DNA of 64,000 nt from positions 24,096-88,095 of IMG/VR virus record IMGVR_UViG_3300037312_001491; one strand, 5' to 3'. This stretch comes from a virus. Lineage: Duplodnaviria > Caudoviricetes. Within the stretch, counting starts at the first letter, position 1; each line of letters begins with the position of its first letter. Positions 41,484-50,575 of this stretch are shown in pieces. Under the pieces are notes generated by a model that made no database searches, was not told the DNA's origin, and worked only from the letters and a program-made list of their open reading frames with translations. Made by a program: the position numbers and the translations under genes.

Positions 41484-42778
41484 ACCGCCGCTGTAAGGGC
41501 CCCTGCGGCCAAGACCTGCCAGAGAGCGCGTTCCTGGAGTACATGCCAGGAAAGCGCCGCGGCGTCTGCAAGACGTGCTTCAACAACGGCCGCACCGCGC
41601 ACGGCAAGATCCGCAGCGAGCGCCCGGCGCCGCTGCCGCTCGCGAAGGGCCCGAACCTCGCCGCGTTCGACGCCCAAGAGACCGGAACGCTCCGAATCCC
41701 CGTGGGGACACCGGCCGCGCCGCCCGAGCCTCGCATCGAGATTGTCGAGGAGGTCATCACCCAGGTCGAGGAGCACCGTCTCAAGAAGCAGCTCAAGGAG
41801 CTGCAAGGCAAGCTCAAGGGCGCGGTCGCCGACCTCTCCGACGCGTCGGAGATGAACGACCTCATCCGCGAGGTCGAGGCGCAGCCGCCCGTCCCAGGCA
41901 TCGAGCCGCGCGAGCGGACCTCGCACCTGGCCGAGGCGACGCCACTCGTGCTCGCGTCGGACTGGCACATCGAGGAACCCGTTCGCCCGGAGGCGGTCGC
42001 CTTCCGCAACCGCTACGACCTCGACATCTCGAAGCGCCGCATGGAGCGCTTCTTCGAGGCGACGCGCTGGGGCATCAACAACCAGCGCCAGGTGTTCAAG
42101 ATCCGGGACCTCGTGCTGTGGCTCGGCGGAGACATCATCACGAACTACCTACACGACGACAACGTCGAGACGAACCTGCTCTCGCCAGTCGAGGCAATCG
42201 CGTACGCGCAGGCGTCGATCAGCGATGGGCTCCGGTTCCTCCTCCAGGACCCCGAGCTGGAGCGCATCGTCGTCCCGTGCAACGACGGCAACCACGGCCG
42301 CCTGACGGACAAGATGCACTGCGCGTCGCGCATCGAGAACTCGATCGAGTGGTTGCTGTACTACCAGCTCCAGCGCGAGTTCAAGGACGAGCCGCGCGTG
42401 CAGTTCATCCTGCCGACCTGCGAGTTTACGTTCTTCGACGTGTACGACCGGACCATCCGGTTCACGCACGGCGACACGATCAACTACCAGGGTGGCGTGG
42501 GTGGCATCCACATCCCGCTCAACAAGGCCATCGCGCGCTGGCAGACGCTCAAGCACGCCGACCTGACGTGCATCGGGCACTTCCACCAGCGCATCTGCCT
42601 CCCGAACCTGATGGTGAACGGTAGCCTCATTGGCTACAACAGCTACGCGATGAGCAAGGGCTTCACGTTCGAGGCCCCGTCGCAGAGCCTCCGCATGCTG
42701 GAGCCGCGGCGCTGGTGCTCCACCGACATCCCTCTCTGGGTCTCGTCCCTCTCGGACGACGACGATAACGCGCTGTGA
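41480..42778 (+). CDS. calcineurin-like metallophosphoesterase with N-terminal zinc finger
   Basis: SDWH, GGD, GNHG, THGD, GHFHQ motifs; CKGPC...CKTC. Confidence 0.85.
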   Translation: MNRRCKGPCGQDLPESAFLEYMPGKRRGVCKTCFNNGRTAHGKIRSERPAPLPLAKGPNLAAFDAQETGTLRIPVGTPAAPPEPRIEIVEEVITQVEEHRLKKQLKELQGKLKGAVADLSDASEMNDLIREVEAQPPVPGIEPRERTSHLAEATPLVLASDWHIEEPVRPEAVAFRNRYDLDISKRRMERFFEATRWGINNQRQVFKIRDLVLWLGGDIITNYLHDDNVETNLLSPVEAIAYAQASISDGLRFLLQDPELERIVVPCNDGNHGRLTDKMHCASRIENSIEWLLYYQLQREFKDEPRVQFILPTCEFTFFDVYDRTIRFTHGDTINYQGGVGGIHIPLNKAIARWQTLKHADLTCIGHFHQRICLPNLMVNGSLIGYNSYAMSKGFTFEAPSQSLRMLEPRRWCSTDIPLWVSSLSDDDDNAL

Positions 42779-43395
42779 CCATCCTCATCGGCCTCCTGGG
42801 CCCAGCCGGTGCCGGCAAGTCGTCGGTCGCCGGTCACCTCGTCGAGAAGTACGGCGCCGTTCGCTACTCGCTCGCTGCTCCGCTCAAGGAGATCGCGATG
42901 CGCGCGTTCGACTTCACCTACGAGCAGTGCTGGGGCACCCAGGCGCAGAAGGAGGCGCCCGACGAGCGCTACGGCGGTCACTCGGCGCGCTGGTTTCTCC
43001 AGCGCCTCGGCACCGAGGGCATCCGCGGCGTGTTCGGCCCCGACGTGTGGACCGATCTCCTCGTGAAGAAGATCAGCGAGGAGCGCCCGGACGTCGCCGT
43101 CATCGAGGACGTCCGCTTCATCGACGAGGCGGTCAAGCTCCGCGAGTTTGGCATCGGCATGGTGCACGGCAACCACATGCAGATGGATCGGAGCGGCTAC
43201 ATCTGGCGCCTGGAGTCCCCGGGCCGCGAGACCCAGGCCGACGCCACCCACGCCAGCGAGGCCGAGTGGTCGAAGGCTCCGTGGGATTACGCCATCGCGC
43301 CGACCGAGCGTGGTCTCGACAAGCTGTTCACGCTCGTCGACGACGCATGCCGGCACTACAAGATCTTCCCCAAGCTCGCGCCGGTGGCGTACTAG
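42775..43395 (+). CDS. deoxynucleoside monophosphate kinase
   Basis: G.AGAGKS P-loop, LA.PLKE, R..LQ.LGTE..R, IEDVRF..E, HASE. Confidence 0.85.
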   Translation: MTILIGLLGPAGAGKSSVAGHLVEKYGAVRYSLAAPLKEIAMRAFDFTYEQCWGTQAQKEAPDERYGGHSARWFLQRLGTEGIRGVFGPDVWTDLLVKKISEERPDVAVIEDVRFIDEAVKLREFGIGMVHGNHMQMDRSGYIWRLESPGRETQADATHASEAEWSKAPWDYAIAPTERGLDKLFTLVDDACRHYKIFPKLAPVAY

Positions 43396-43397
43396 TC

Positions 43398-43640
43398 ATG
43401 GCGCGACCCTTCCACGTGCTCTCGTTCGTCGGGTTCAAGCTCTACACGAGCGCCGAGTTCGACACGCTCGCCGAGGCAGACGCCTACGCGCACGGGATGA
43501 ACCACGGCTACACGCTCGCCGTGACGGGCCGCGACCACCTAATTCTCTACGTCGCGGTCCTGCCCCGCGACGAGGCCGAGATGCGGAGCATGATCTCACC
43601 GGACGAGATCGAGCGCGTGTTCCGCGAGGTGAACCTATGA
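43398..43640 (+). CDS. hypothetical protein (80 aa)
   Basis: ATG 43398; ATGA coupling to the next gene. Confidence 0.6.
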   Translation: MARPFHVLSFVGFKLYTSAEFDTLAEADAYAHGMNHGYTLAVTGRDHLILYVAVLPRDEAEMRSMISPDEIERVFREVNL

Positions 43641-43972
43641 TTCGCAGCAAGCCGGCCAACCAGGCGTACCTCGACAACTGGGACCGCATCTTCGGCGAGG
43701 CCGACGCACCCAAGCCCATCCCCAGCGAGGGGGCCGTCATCCCGATGCCCGCGGACCGCATCCGGTACAACGGCAGCGGCACGCCGTGCGACGTGCTCAA
43801 GGGACCGTGTTCGTGCGGCGCCTGGCACACCGGCGACGAACCGACGGAGGTGGCGGCGCAGGGCGACGTCCGGGTGACCTGCCGGCACTGTGACTGCCAC
43901 GTGTTCGTCGCGAAGCGTGCCGAGATGCTGACCTGCCCGCGCTGCGGTGGGGTGTCGGAGATCAGGCCGTGA
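43637..43972 (+). CDS. hypothetical protein with Cys motifs
   Basis: Y.DNWDRIFG; PC...GPCSCGAWH; CRHC...CPRC. Confidence 0.6.
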   Translation: MIRSKPANQAYLDNWDRIFGEADAPKPIPSEGAVIPMPADRIRYNGSGTPCDVLKGPCSCGAWHTGDEPTEVAAQGDVRVTCRHCDCHVFVAKRAEMLTCPRCGGVSEIRP

Positions 43973-44862
43973 TGCTCGGTCCCGACTACGCCCGCATGGA
44001 TGGCAACAGCGCACCCGACTGGACCGCCGCGTTCAAGATGGGCGCCCGGTTCACCTTCATCCGCAAGGGCCACTGCTACTTCGACGACGCGCACCGGGCC
44101 TGGCGCCTCGCGTTCGACCCGACGTACGCTCGGGACTGCGCCGCTGCCCGCGCCGCCGGCGTCGTCGTCGGCTCGTACATGCTCCCCCGGTATGGCCAGG
44201 GGGCTCCGTCGCCTGCCGAGCAAGTCGCCAACTTCAAGGCAGCACCGGGCGACATCCTCCGCGGCAAGGACCTGCCACCGTGTCTCGACGTCGAGTTCCC
44301 CGGCGGCGCATCGTCGACCGGACTGACGGCGCAGGAACTGCTCAAGCTCGTCGAGGCGACCGTGATCGAGCTAGCGACCCAGTTCAAGTGTCGGCCGATT
44401 GTCTACACGTCGTACAACCAGATGTACGACCTCGGGCTGCCCAAGTCGGACGTCCTCGCGGACTGCGACCTGTGGCTCAAGACCGCCTACATCCACACCG
44501 CGCACGCGCCCGTCGACAGCCCGCCGCACATGCTGCCTCACGTCGGCGAGTCAGAGGACGACAAGCGAAGCTACTACCAGATCCCGCCGTCATGGGACAC
44601 GTGGATGGCCGACCAGTACCAGGGCGACGCCATCGGATTCGGCGGCTTCGACCACCAGGTCGACGTCAGCCGCTGGAACGTGGTCGTCGTCGGCGACAGC
44701 CACTGGACCGCGGACCACACACTCATCGCCAAGCGCATCGGCTCCGGCGCGCTCGACGCTGCCGCCCTGCGACGTGACCTGCTGGCGTTCCAGGCCGCGC
44801 ACGGGCTCGAAGCCGACGCCGTCGTCGGCCCGATGACCCGCGCCGCGATGAGCTGGCTGTAG
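43969..44862 (+). CDS. endolysin, GH25-like muramidase with C-terminal peptidoglycan-binding domain
   Basis: LPPCLDVE, P.VYT, LW, W...QY.GD, VD....; C-terminal FQAAHGLEADAVVGPMT. Confidence 0.85.
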   Translation: MMLGPDYARMDGNSAPDWTAAFKMGARFTFIRKGHCYFDDAHRAWRLAFDPTYARDCAAARAAGVVVGSYMLPRYGQGAPSPAEQVANFKAAPGDILRGKDLPPCLDVEFPGGASSTGLTAQELLKLVEATVIELATQFKCRPIVYTSYNQMYDLGLPKSDVLADCDLWLKTAYIHTAHAPVDSPPHMLPHVGESEDDKRSYYQIPPSWDTWMADQYQGDAIGFGGFDHQVDVSRWNVVVVGDSHWTADHTLIAKRIGSGALDAAALRRDLLAFQAAHGLEADAVVGPMTRAAMSWL

Positions 44863-44943
44863 ATCTCCTAGCGCATCGCGTCGGTCGATTTTCTCGTCGA
44901 AGAAGTTGCGTCACCGCGCTCACGGTGGCATCGTGATTCGCGC

Positions 44944-45318
44944 ATGGGGAGTAAACGCTGGCTTCCTGACCTGCGGGCTCAGGTTCGCGTCAATGCGATT
45001 CGGTTAGCGTACACGACTCCACTGGAATTCGAGCTGGGGGCTCGTGCCGACGATGCGCGCATGCACCGCGCACTCTACGTCGGCATCCAGTTGATGCCGT
45101 CCCTGACCGATTCGCAGATTCTCAAGGTCGCACTGGGCGACGCGACGCTTAGGTACAACCGTGGCCGGTGGACCTTTCACGAGGTACCCTGCCAGATGTG
45201 TCGAGGTCGAGGGAAGCTCCGTGAGGGAGTCATCGTCACACGCGGCGGCCGGCGGAAGCGGACCGACGTCGCGTGCCCGACCTGTGGTGGGGATGGGTTC
45301 TCGCCGCCTGTGAAGTAG
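44944..45318 (+). CDS. hypothetical protein with zinc-finger-like C-terminus
   Basis: CQMCRGRG...CPTCGGDG; A/T-richer codons than neighbours. Confidence 0.55.
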   Translation: MGSKRWLPDLRAQVRVNAIRLAYTTPLEFELGARADDARMHRALYVGIQLMPSLTDSQILKVALGDATLRYNRGRWTFHEVPCQMCRGRGKLREGVIVTRGGRRKRTDVACPTCGGDGFSPPVK

Positions 45319-45337
45319 CTGCCAGGCCGCGTGCCTG

Positions 45338-46060
45338 GTGAGAGGGAGTCAAGTCGTGGTTGCTGTTCCTCGCAGTGTGACCTACTCGTACGCGGACCTC
45401 GTTCCGCAACACAGGCCGGACCTCGTCGCGTTCGCCATCCGTCTCTGCCGATCGCGCTCGCAGGCCGAAGACGTCGTCCAGGCGGCTCTGGTTCGAGCCC
45501 TGGAGGCGTGGCACAGCTTCCGCGGCGGCGACCACGGCCCCGACATCGAGCGGACCGTGCGCGCCTGGCTGTTCACCATCGTCCGCCACGTCCACGCGAC
45601 GCAGTGCCGGCGCAACCACCTCCGCCAGGCGGCCAACGTGGCCAAGCGCGAGGTCGTCGTCGAGGCCACCTACGGCTCGGCAGAGGACGTCTGCGACCCC
45701 TGGGCGGCCCAGCCGGAGACCGAATACAGCGACGAGGTCGCCGACGCCCTAATGGGCCTGGACGACACCCAGCGCGCGGTGGTCGAGCTGTCGACGGAGG
45801 GGCGGTCCTACAAAGAGATTGCCGTCCAGCTCAACATCCCGATCGGCACCGTGATGTCCAGGCTTAACCGCGCGCGCCGGCGTTTGGAGATCAGCCTGGC
45901 CGGCTACGCGCGCGCCGAGTACGGCATCGGGCTGCCAGGCCGCGAGCCTGGGCCTGAGCCCATCGACTCAGCCGGGGACGGCGCCGGGGCGGACATGCTT
46001 GCGGGCGAAGCGGCCGAGAGCGAAGAGGCCGATTCCGATTGCATCGACGCTGTCGTGTGA
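45338..46060 (+). CDS. ECF-type RNA polymerase sigma factor
   Basis: L..FA.RL......AEDVVQ.A...A, ..AWLF.I (region 2); SYKEIA..L.IPIGTVMSRL.RAR (region 4); start uncertain (45338-45377). Confidence 0.9.
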   Translation: MRGSQVVVAVPRSVTYSYADLVPQHRPDLVAFAIRLCRSRSQAEDVVQAALVRALEAWHSFRGGDHGPDIERTVRAWLFTIVRHVHATQCRRNHLRQAANVAKREVVVEATYGSAEDVCDPWAAQPETEYSDEVADALMGLDDTQRAVVELSTEGRSYKEIAVQLNIPIGTVMSRLNRARRRLEISLAGYARAEYGIGLPGREPGPEPIDSAGDGAGADMLAGEAAESEEADSDCIDAVV

Positions 46061-46558
46061 CGGCACGACCGCCGCGCGTTCGGCCTCGCTCAGGCGTCCG
46101 TGCACCCGCTGGCCGCGGGCGGACGCCCAGGGATCACCGGTGGTGGCCTTGGGTAGCTGACCAACCCACTCGGCTGGCGTGTATGACACCAGCATGATGG
46201 CCTGGTCGATGCGCGCTCCGTAGATGTGCAGGAGCGCCGCGAACGCGCCGTCGATGCCGGCGAGGAGGAGGAGGTCGTTGGGGTCGCCCTTGCTCTTGGT
46301 CGCCCTGTACACCTGGGGCCACTCGGCGCACAGGTAGCGCGGCCGTGCGCCCAGGCCGATCGCCCATTCGAGGACGGCGACCCCGACGCGCACGCAGCGG
46401 TCGAGTCGGTCGAGCGCCGGCGGGGCGTCGACGGGGACGCGCTCGGCACGAACCAGCACGCCGCCGCGGTACAGCGCACCGGCAGGGTGCACGACGCCAG
46501 GGTCGAACGCGACCAGATCGCCGACGGGCTGGATCTGGCGCGGCGCCTGGCCGCTCAC
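45968..46558 (-). CDS. RuvC-like Holliday junction resolvase
   Basis: VAFDPG, CAEWPQ, HDSVDAIGI acidic triad. Confidence 0.7.
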   Translation of the reverse strand: MSGQAPRQIQPVGDLVAFDPGVVHPAGALYRGGVLVRAERVPVDAPPALDRLDRCVRVGVAVLEWAIGLGARPRYLCAEWPQVYRATKSKGDPNDLLLLAGIDGAFAALLHIYGARIDQAIMLVSYTPAEWVGQLPKATTGDPWASARGQRVHGRLSEAERAAVVPSHDSVDAIGIGLFALGRFARKHVRPGAVPG

Positions 46559-47214
46559 TGCGGCGTCAGGAGCGTCCCGTCGGCAGGAGCTTGGACAACC
46601 AGACCCACGCCGAGCTTCTCGGCGTAGTGGCGGGCGACGTTGAGCGAGTCCTCGCAGTCGGCCATCGCGCGGTGCGCGGCGGACTGCGGCATGCGCGGCC
46701 GTGCCTCGTAGACCGCCGGCGCGAACCGGCGCGCGAACTCGTTGAGCGAGCTGACGTCGAAGTTGCGGTAGTGCAACTGCGCCTCGGCGTTGGGGAGGTG
46801 CCGCTTCATGAACGCGCGGTCGAACGAGATCGTGTTGCCGGCGAGCGGCGCGCGGTCGAGCTTGACGTACTCGTTGCCCGGCTTCTTCGGGTCGGCGACC
46901 GTCTCACACTTCACCGTGTACTTGATGAGGAACTGCGACAGCAGCTCATCCACCCCATCGACCGAACGGGGACCTTTGTATTCTGTCGCCGAGAATGTGT
47001 CGTAATTGGCTTTCAGCACCGCCCACAGCCCGTTCTTCGTGTGCATGTCGCGCACGAACTCGTCGAGCTGGTAGAACTCGCGCGACGGGGTGACGAGCTG
47101 GTTGAAGCGCGCCACCTCGACGAGCTTGTCGTCGGTGACGATAGCGGCGACTTCGAGGATCTCCTCGCGGTCGGCGTTGAGACCGGTGGTTTCGAGATCG
47201 AGAAAGACGAGCAT
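46555..47214 (-). CDS. orn: oligoribonuclease (DEDDh)
   Basis: DLETTGL....EILEVA.IVTD, MHTKNGL, LAGNTI.FDR.F...H.P......HYR..DVSS..E, HRA..D..DS. Confidence 0.85.
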   Translation of the reverse strand: MLVFLDLETTGLNADREEILEVAAIVTDDKLVEVARFNQLVTPSREFYQLDEFVRDMHTKNGLWAVLKANYDTFSATEYKGPRSVDGVDELLSQFLIKYTVKCETVADPKKPGNEYVKLDRAPLAGNTISFDRAFMKRHLPNAEAQLHYRNFDVSSLNEFARRFAPAVYEARPRMPQSAAHRAMADCEDSLNVARHYAEKLGVGLVVQAPADGTLLTPQ

Positions 47215-47403
47215 GGTTCTATCCTTTGGCGGCCGCGCCGCAGTCGCAGGGGTTCGGGAACATCCCAGGCACGAGCGAGTCGCACTCCGGTCTGCATGTC
47301 TGGCGCTTGGCGAGGTACGCTGCATCGCGCTCGCGGATTTGCTCTCGCATCTCCACGCAGTCCGGATCAGCACACCGCGGATCGTTGCAATAGCGGGATG
47401 GCA

Positions 47404-47925
47404 TCACCCCTCCTTGCCCAGGTGCTTCTTCCACGGCACGTGCTCGCCGTCGACGAAGAAGCCCCAGTCCTTGTTCTCTGGACCGACGACGAACAGCGTC
47501 CACACGTCGCCGTGGAGGCGCGTCACGCGGTGGTAGTCGGTATCGGCGATGAAGTTCGCCCGATGCACGTGCTTGTGCTCGGACAGCAGCTCGTCCTCGG
47601 TGAGCACGCCGAGGCGGCGAAACGTCTTGGTGGCGGAGGCGGTCGCCTCGTCGAGGCGGTCCTCCTCGTACGAGCCCGACAGCAGCAGCGACGCGGCCCA
47701 CTTCCACGGGTGGTTGTGGAGGTGCCGGCCAGCGTCGGGCCGGTGGAAGTGGTGGAGGTAGATCCGGCAGCCGAACAGTCGCGGCGACAGGATGCGCGTC
47801 AGGTACTTCTCGCCGTCGACGACGATGGTGTACGCCCAGCGCGTGTCGTCCTCGCCCCGGTACGGTCCGGGCGGGTTCTGCGCGAGCGCCCAGTCCGCGA
47901 CCTTCGCGAGCAGCCGGCGGATCAC
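47404..47925 (-). CDS. cupin-like protein
   Basis: YLHHF.RPD....HNHPW...S..L.G.Y.E ... HRV, WTLF..GP....WGF. Confidence 0.65.
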   Translation of the reverse strand: MIRRLLAKVADWALAQNPPGPYRGEDDTRWAYTIVVDGEKYLTRILSPRLFGCRIYLHHFHRPDAGRHLHNHPWKWAASLLLSGSYEEDRLDEATASATKTFRRLGVLTEDELLSEHKHVHRANFIADTDYHRVTRLHGDVWTLFVVGPENKDWGFFVDGEHVPWKKHLGKEG

Positions 47926-48194
47926 TTGGCCACCTTGCGCTCGTTCGCAGCGAACGTCGCCTGCTTGAGCGCCTCCATGAGCGGCTTGACGACGTCGCGC
48001 CAGTAGACCTCGCCGTCCTCTTCCTTCCAGTCGTGGACCTGGACCCAGCGCAGCCCACCGAGCGAGTCCGTCTCCGCCTTCTCCAGCAGGTAGACGTCCT
48101 CGTAGCCCGCGGACCACTTGCCGATCGCAACGACACGGTACTCCGCGTCGCCCGACTTCCACTGGTGGACGAGCTTGCCGGTGGGCAGCGCCAT
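47922..48194 (-). CDS. hypothetical protein (90 aa)
   Basis: GAGG RBS, TGATG coupling. Confidence 0.65.
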   Translation of the reverse strand: MALPTGKLVHQWKSGDAEYRVVAIGKWSAGYEDVYLLEKAETDSLGGLRWVQVHDWKEEDGEVYWRDVVKPLMEALKQATFAANERKVAK

Positions 48195-48460
48195 CACACC
48201 ACCTCGGGCGCGGTCGGGATGGCGACGTCGGTGCGGCACTCGATGCCGTAGCGGCGCTCCTTGTTCGTCTCGGAGCACACGAAGATGTGCTCCCAGGCGG
48301 GCGTGGGGGAGGACGGCGCCTCGTCCTTGCTGCTCCTCTGCGACGCCATCGTCGGCCTGGTCTCGAAGTAGACGTGCTTCGTCGCCTTCCGGTAGTCGTA
48401 GCCGGCGGACGGCAGGATGGCGATGCGGGTGCTCGGACGCGGGATCGGTTGCTTGTTCAT
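48194..48460 (-). CDS. hypothetical protein (88 aa)
   Basis: ORF track; EHIF.CSET.KER.YG. Confidence 0.65.
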   Translation of the reverse strand: MNKQPIPRPSTRIAILPSAGYDYRKATKHVYFETRPTMASQRSSKDEAPSSPTPAWEHIFVCSETNKERRYGIECRTDVAIPTAPEVV

Positions 48461-49119
48461 CGCGGAGTAGACGCGCGACCCGCGCGCAACATTCCGACGG
48501 CGGCGCGCCAGCGCTGCCCCTCGTCAGCCAGGGGGCCGTGCGAGATTTGCCCAAGCGGTTTGTACGCGCGCTCGAACAGCTCGGGCCGGGTGCCGACGCC
48601 GATGACGAAGTTCGCGTGCCCAGGACGGTCAGGACGGTCAGGGCGCTTAGCGTCGATGAAGTGGATGCGGTGGCGCAGGTAGCAGACCGAGAAGTCCTGC
48701 GGCACGTAGCAGCCGCGCGCCCACCGCTGCTGGTCGGTCTCCTGCACGCCAGGCACGATCTCCATGTTCGGCTCGGCGAGCACGCAGACCTGCTCCACCG
48801 AGAAGCCCATCCACAGGAGCGCGAAGTGGTGCTTGACGTACTCGTAGCACGACTTGGCCCACGCCCGCTTCGTCGTGCCGCCAGGGTGGTTCTCGAACAC
48901 CGTCGACGCTGCCCAGTCAGCTTTGAAGCCGTCGCGGCGTTCAGGGTCTGGATGGTCGAGGCCGAAGTAATCGGTAGCGCGCACGCGGAGCTGCGCCGAC
49001 GCGCACGAGAACGGATCCAGCTCGATCACGCCGCCGAGTGCGACCCGTGCCGCGTCAAGGTCCGGCTCCGGCGTCTGCCAGTCCGGGTTCTCCTTCGAGT
49101 GTCGGGCGTTCGCGCTCAC
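48457..49119 (-). CDS. phage DNA adenine methyltransferase-like protein (variant motif)
   Basis: DWQTP, IELDP.S, DG...DW..TVF.NHPG where NPPY/F is usual. Confidence 0.55.
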   Translation of the reverse strand: MSANARHSKENPDWQTPEPDLDAARVALGGVIELDPFSCASAQLRVRATDYFGLDHPDPERRDGFKADWAASTVFENHPGGTTKRAWAKSCYEYVKHHFALLWMGFSVEQVCVLAEPNMEIVPGVQETDQQRWARGCYVPQDFSVCYLRHRIHFIDAKRPDRPDRPGHANFVIGVGTRPELFERAYKPLGQISHGPLADEGQRWRAAVGMLRAGRASTPR

Positions 49120-49784
49120 CAGACCCCGCTGAGCAACACGACGCTGGGTGACGCCGGCTGCGGCGAGCGGTCGTCGAAGTGCGAAACGAGCGCGCCGATG
49201 CCCACGCCCACGGCCGCGCCGGCGAGGACGTCGGTCAGGTAGTGCTTGCCGGCGCCCATGCGCAGGTACGCCGTGAGGCCGGCGAGCACGAAGCCCGTCG
49301 GCGACCGCGCCGCAGTGGCGGCAGCGAACGCGATGGCCGTGTGACCCGAGCAGAATGACACGTCGTCGTCATCATCGTGGATGAACAGCCGGCGCAGGTT
49401 GTAGTGCACGAACGGGCGCTCGCGGCCGACGGTGAACTTGATGGCCTGGGTCACCAGCGCTGTCGCGGCGATCGACTCCGCTACCGGCGCGAGGTCGTGC
49501 TGGCGGTCCCAGCCGACGACGCCGAGGTCGAGGGCAAGCGTCGCGTACGACAGCCGGTCCGCGAGCGTCAGGTGGCTACCCCAGACCGCGGCTCGCGCGG
49601 CCGCGTCGTCAAGGTCGTCGGGGTCGCACCAGCGGCACGCTTTGGGGGCGAGCAGCGGCTTGAGCGGGACCTCGGTGGCCACGACGACGGCGCCTTCGCC
49701 GCCCGCGCGCCACCAGGTGGTGGAGTCAGCGGACGCCCCTCGTGCCGTGCACACGAGGAGCGCCGCGATGACGAGGGCCCTCAC
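49116..49784 (-). CDS. PAP2-family phosphatase with signal peptide
   Basis: K.TVGRERP, SFCSGH, RMGAGKHY.TDV; MRALVIAALLVCTARGASA leader. Confidence 0.8.
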   Translation of the reverse strand: MRALVIAALLVCTARGASADSTTWWRAGGEGAVVVATEVPLKPLLAPKACRWCDPDDLDDAAARAAVWGSHLTLADRLSYATLALDLGVVGWDRQHDLAPVAESIAATALVTQAIKFTVGRERPFVHYNLRRLFIHDDDDDVSFCSGHTAIAFAAATAARSPTGFVLAGLTAYLRMGAGKHYLTDVLAGAAVGVGIGALVSHFDDRSPQPASPSVVLLSGVW

Positions 49785-50204
49785 TCAGTCGAGGCCGGAG
49801 CCGGCCGGGCTGTTGCGGAAGATCTCCGCAATCGCCTCGAATGCGCGAGCCATGGCCTCGCGCCGCTCCTTCGACTTCGGCAACCAGAACGTGATGGCGC
49901 TGCGGTCGTCGTCGAACGGCGGGTGGTGCAGCATCGGCGACGAGTGGAGAACGAGCTGAGCGGCGTGGTAGACGACCAGCTCCTCGCGAACATTCCGATA
50001 CGGATTCGTGGCGTCCACGAAGTCGGGGCGGCCGGACTTCTCCCAGATTTCGACGAGGTACTGGGGGAGCACCTCGCGCGAGCGGCCCGGCATCGGCTCT
50101 CCGTTCGGCAGGCACAGCACGCCCGTTACCACGCGGCCGTCGCTCTCCTTCGAGACCCGCCGGACCTCGTCCGTCAGCTCCTGGCTGTAGACGTTGACCC
50201 TCAC
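49785..50204 (-). CDS. hypothetical protein (139 aa)
   Basis: GTG 50204, coupled; LHSSPMLHHPPFDDDRSAITFW. Confidence 0.65.
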   Translation of the reverse strand: MRVNVYSQELTDEVRRVSKESDGRVVTGVLCLPNGEPMPGRSREVLPQYLVEIWEKSGRPDFVDATNPYRNVREELVVYHAAQLVLHSSPMLHHPPFDDDRSAITFWLPKSKERREAMARAFEAIAEIFRNSPAGSGLD

Positions 50205-50575
50205 TTGCGACCGCCAGAGCCGGAGCCGGAGCCGACTCCGGCGTCGGCCGTCGGCGTCGGCGTCGGCGCCGGCGCCGACGCCTTGGCCGCGGTCTGCTTC
50301 TCGACAGGCGTCGCCGGGCGCAGCGGGTACACCTGCCACGGGCCATGGCCATACACGGAGACATACGTCTCTTTGTTCGGCGTCGACGGCAGCGTGCAGA
50401 CCGAGACCTCGATGCCGGCGTGCGAACCGTACTCGGTGCACACAGCATCAGGGGCCTGAGCCTTGACCATGACGGTGGCCTTGCTCTCGCTCCGACCCTC
50501 GATGAGGGCGTGCAGATCCATCCCGAGGAACAGCAGCGCCAGAGCGATGACGATGTATGGCAGCGCCTTCTTCAC
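50201..50575 (-). CDS. membrane-anchored hypothetical protein
   Basis: N-terminal TM helix, P/T/G/S-rich tail. Confidence 0.6.
   Translation of the reverse strand: MKKALPYIVIALALLFLGMDLHALIEGRSESKATVMVKAQAPDAVCTEYGSHAGIEVSVCTLPSTPNKETYVSVYGHGPWQVYPLRPATPVEKQTAAKASAPAPTPTPTADAGVGSGSGSGGRK

Noticed and set aside
44863-44943. Possible promoter/hairpin before 44944 (TGGCATCGTGATTCGC)
   Set aside because: GG-to-GC spacing is off by one for sigma54 and the -35/-10 match is poor; not supported enough to call.
50215-50285. GAGCCG/GGCGTC short tandem repeats; also CAGGACGGT x2 near 48620
   Set aside because: Encode Gly-Ser, Pro-Thr and PDR low-complexity peptide; not regulatory or CRISPR-like.
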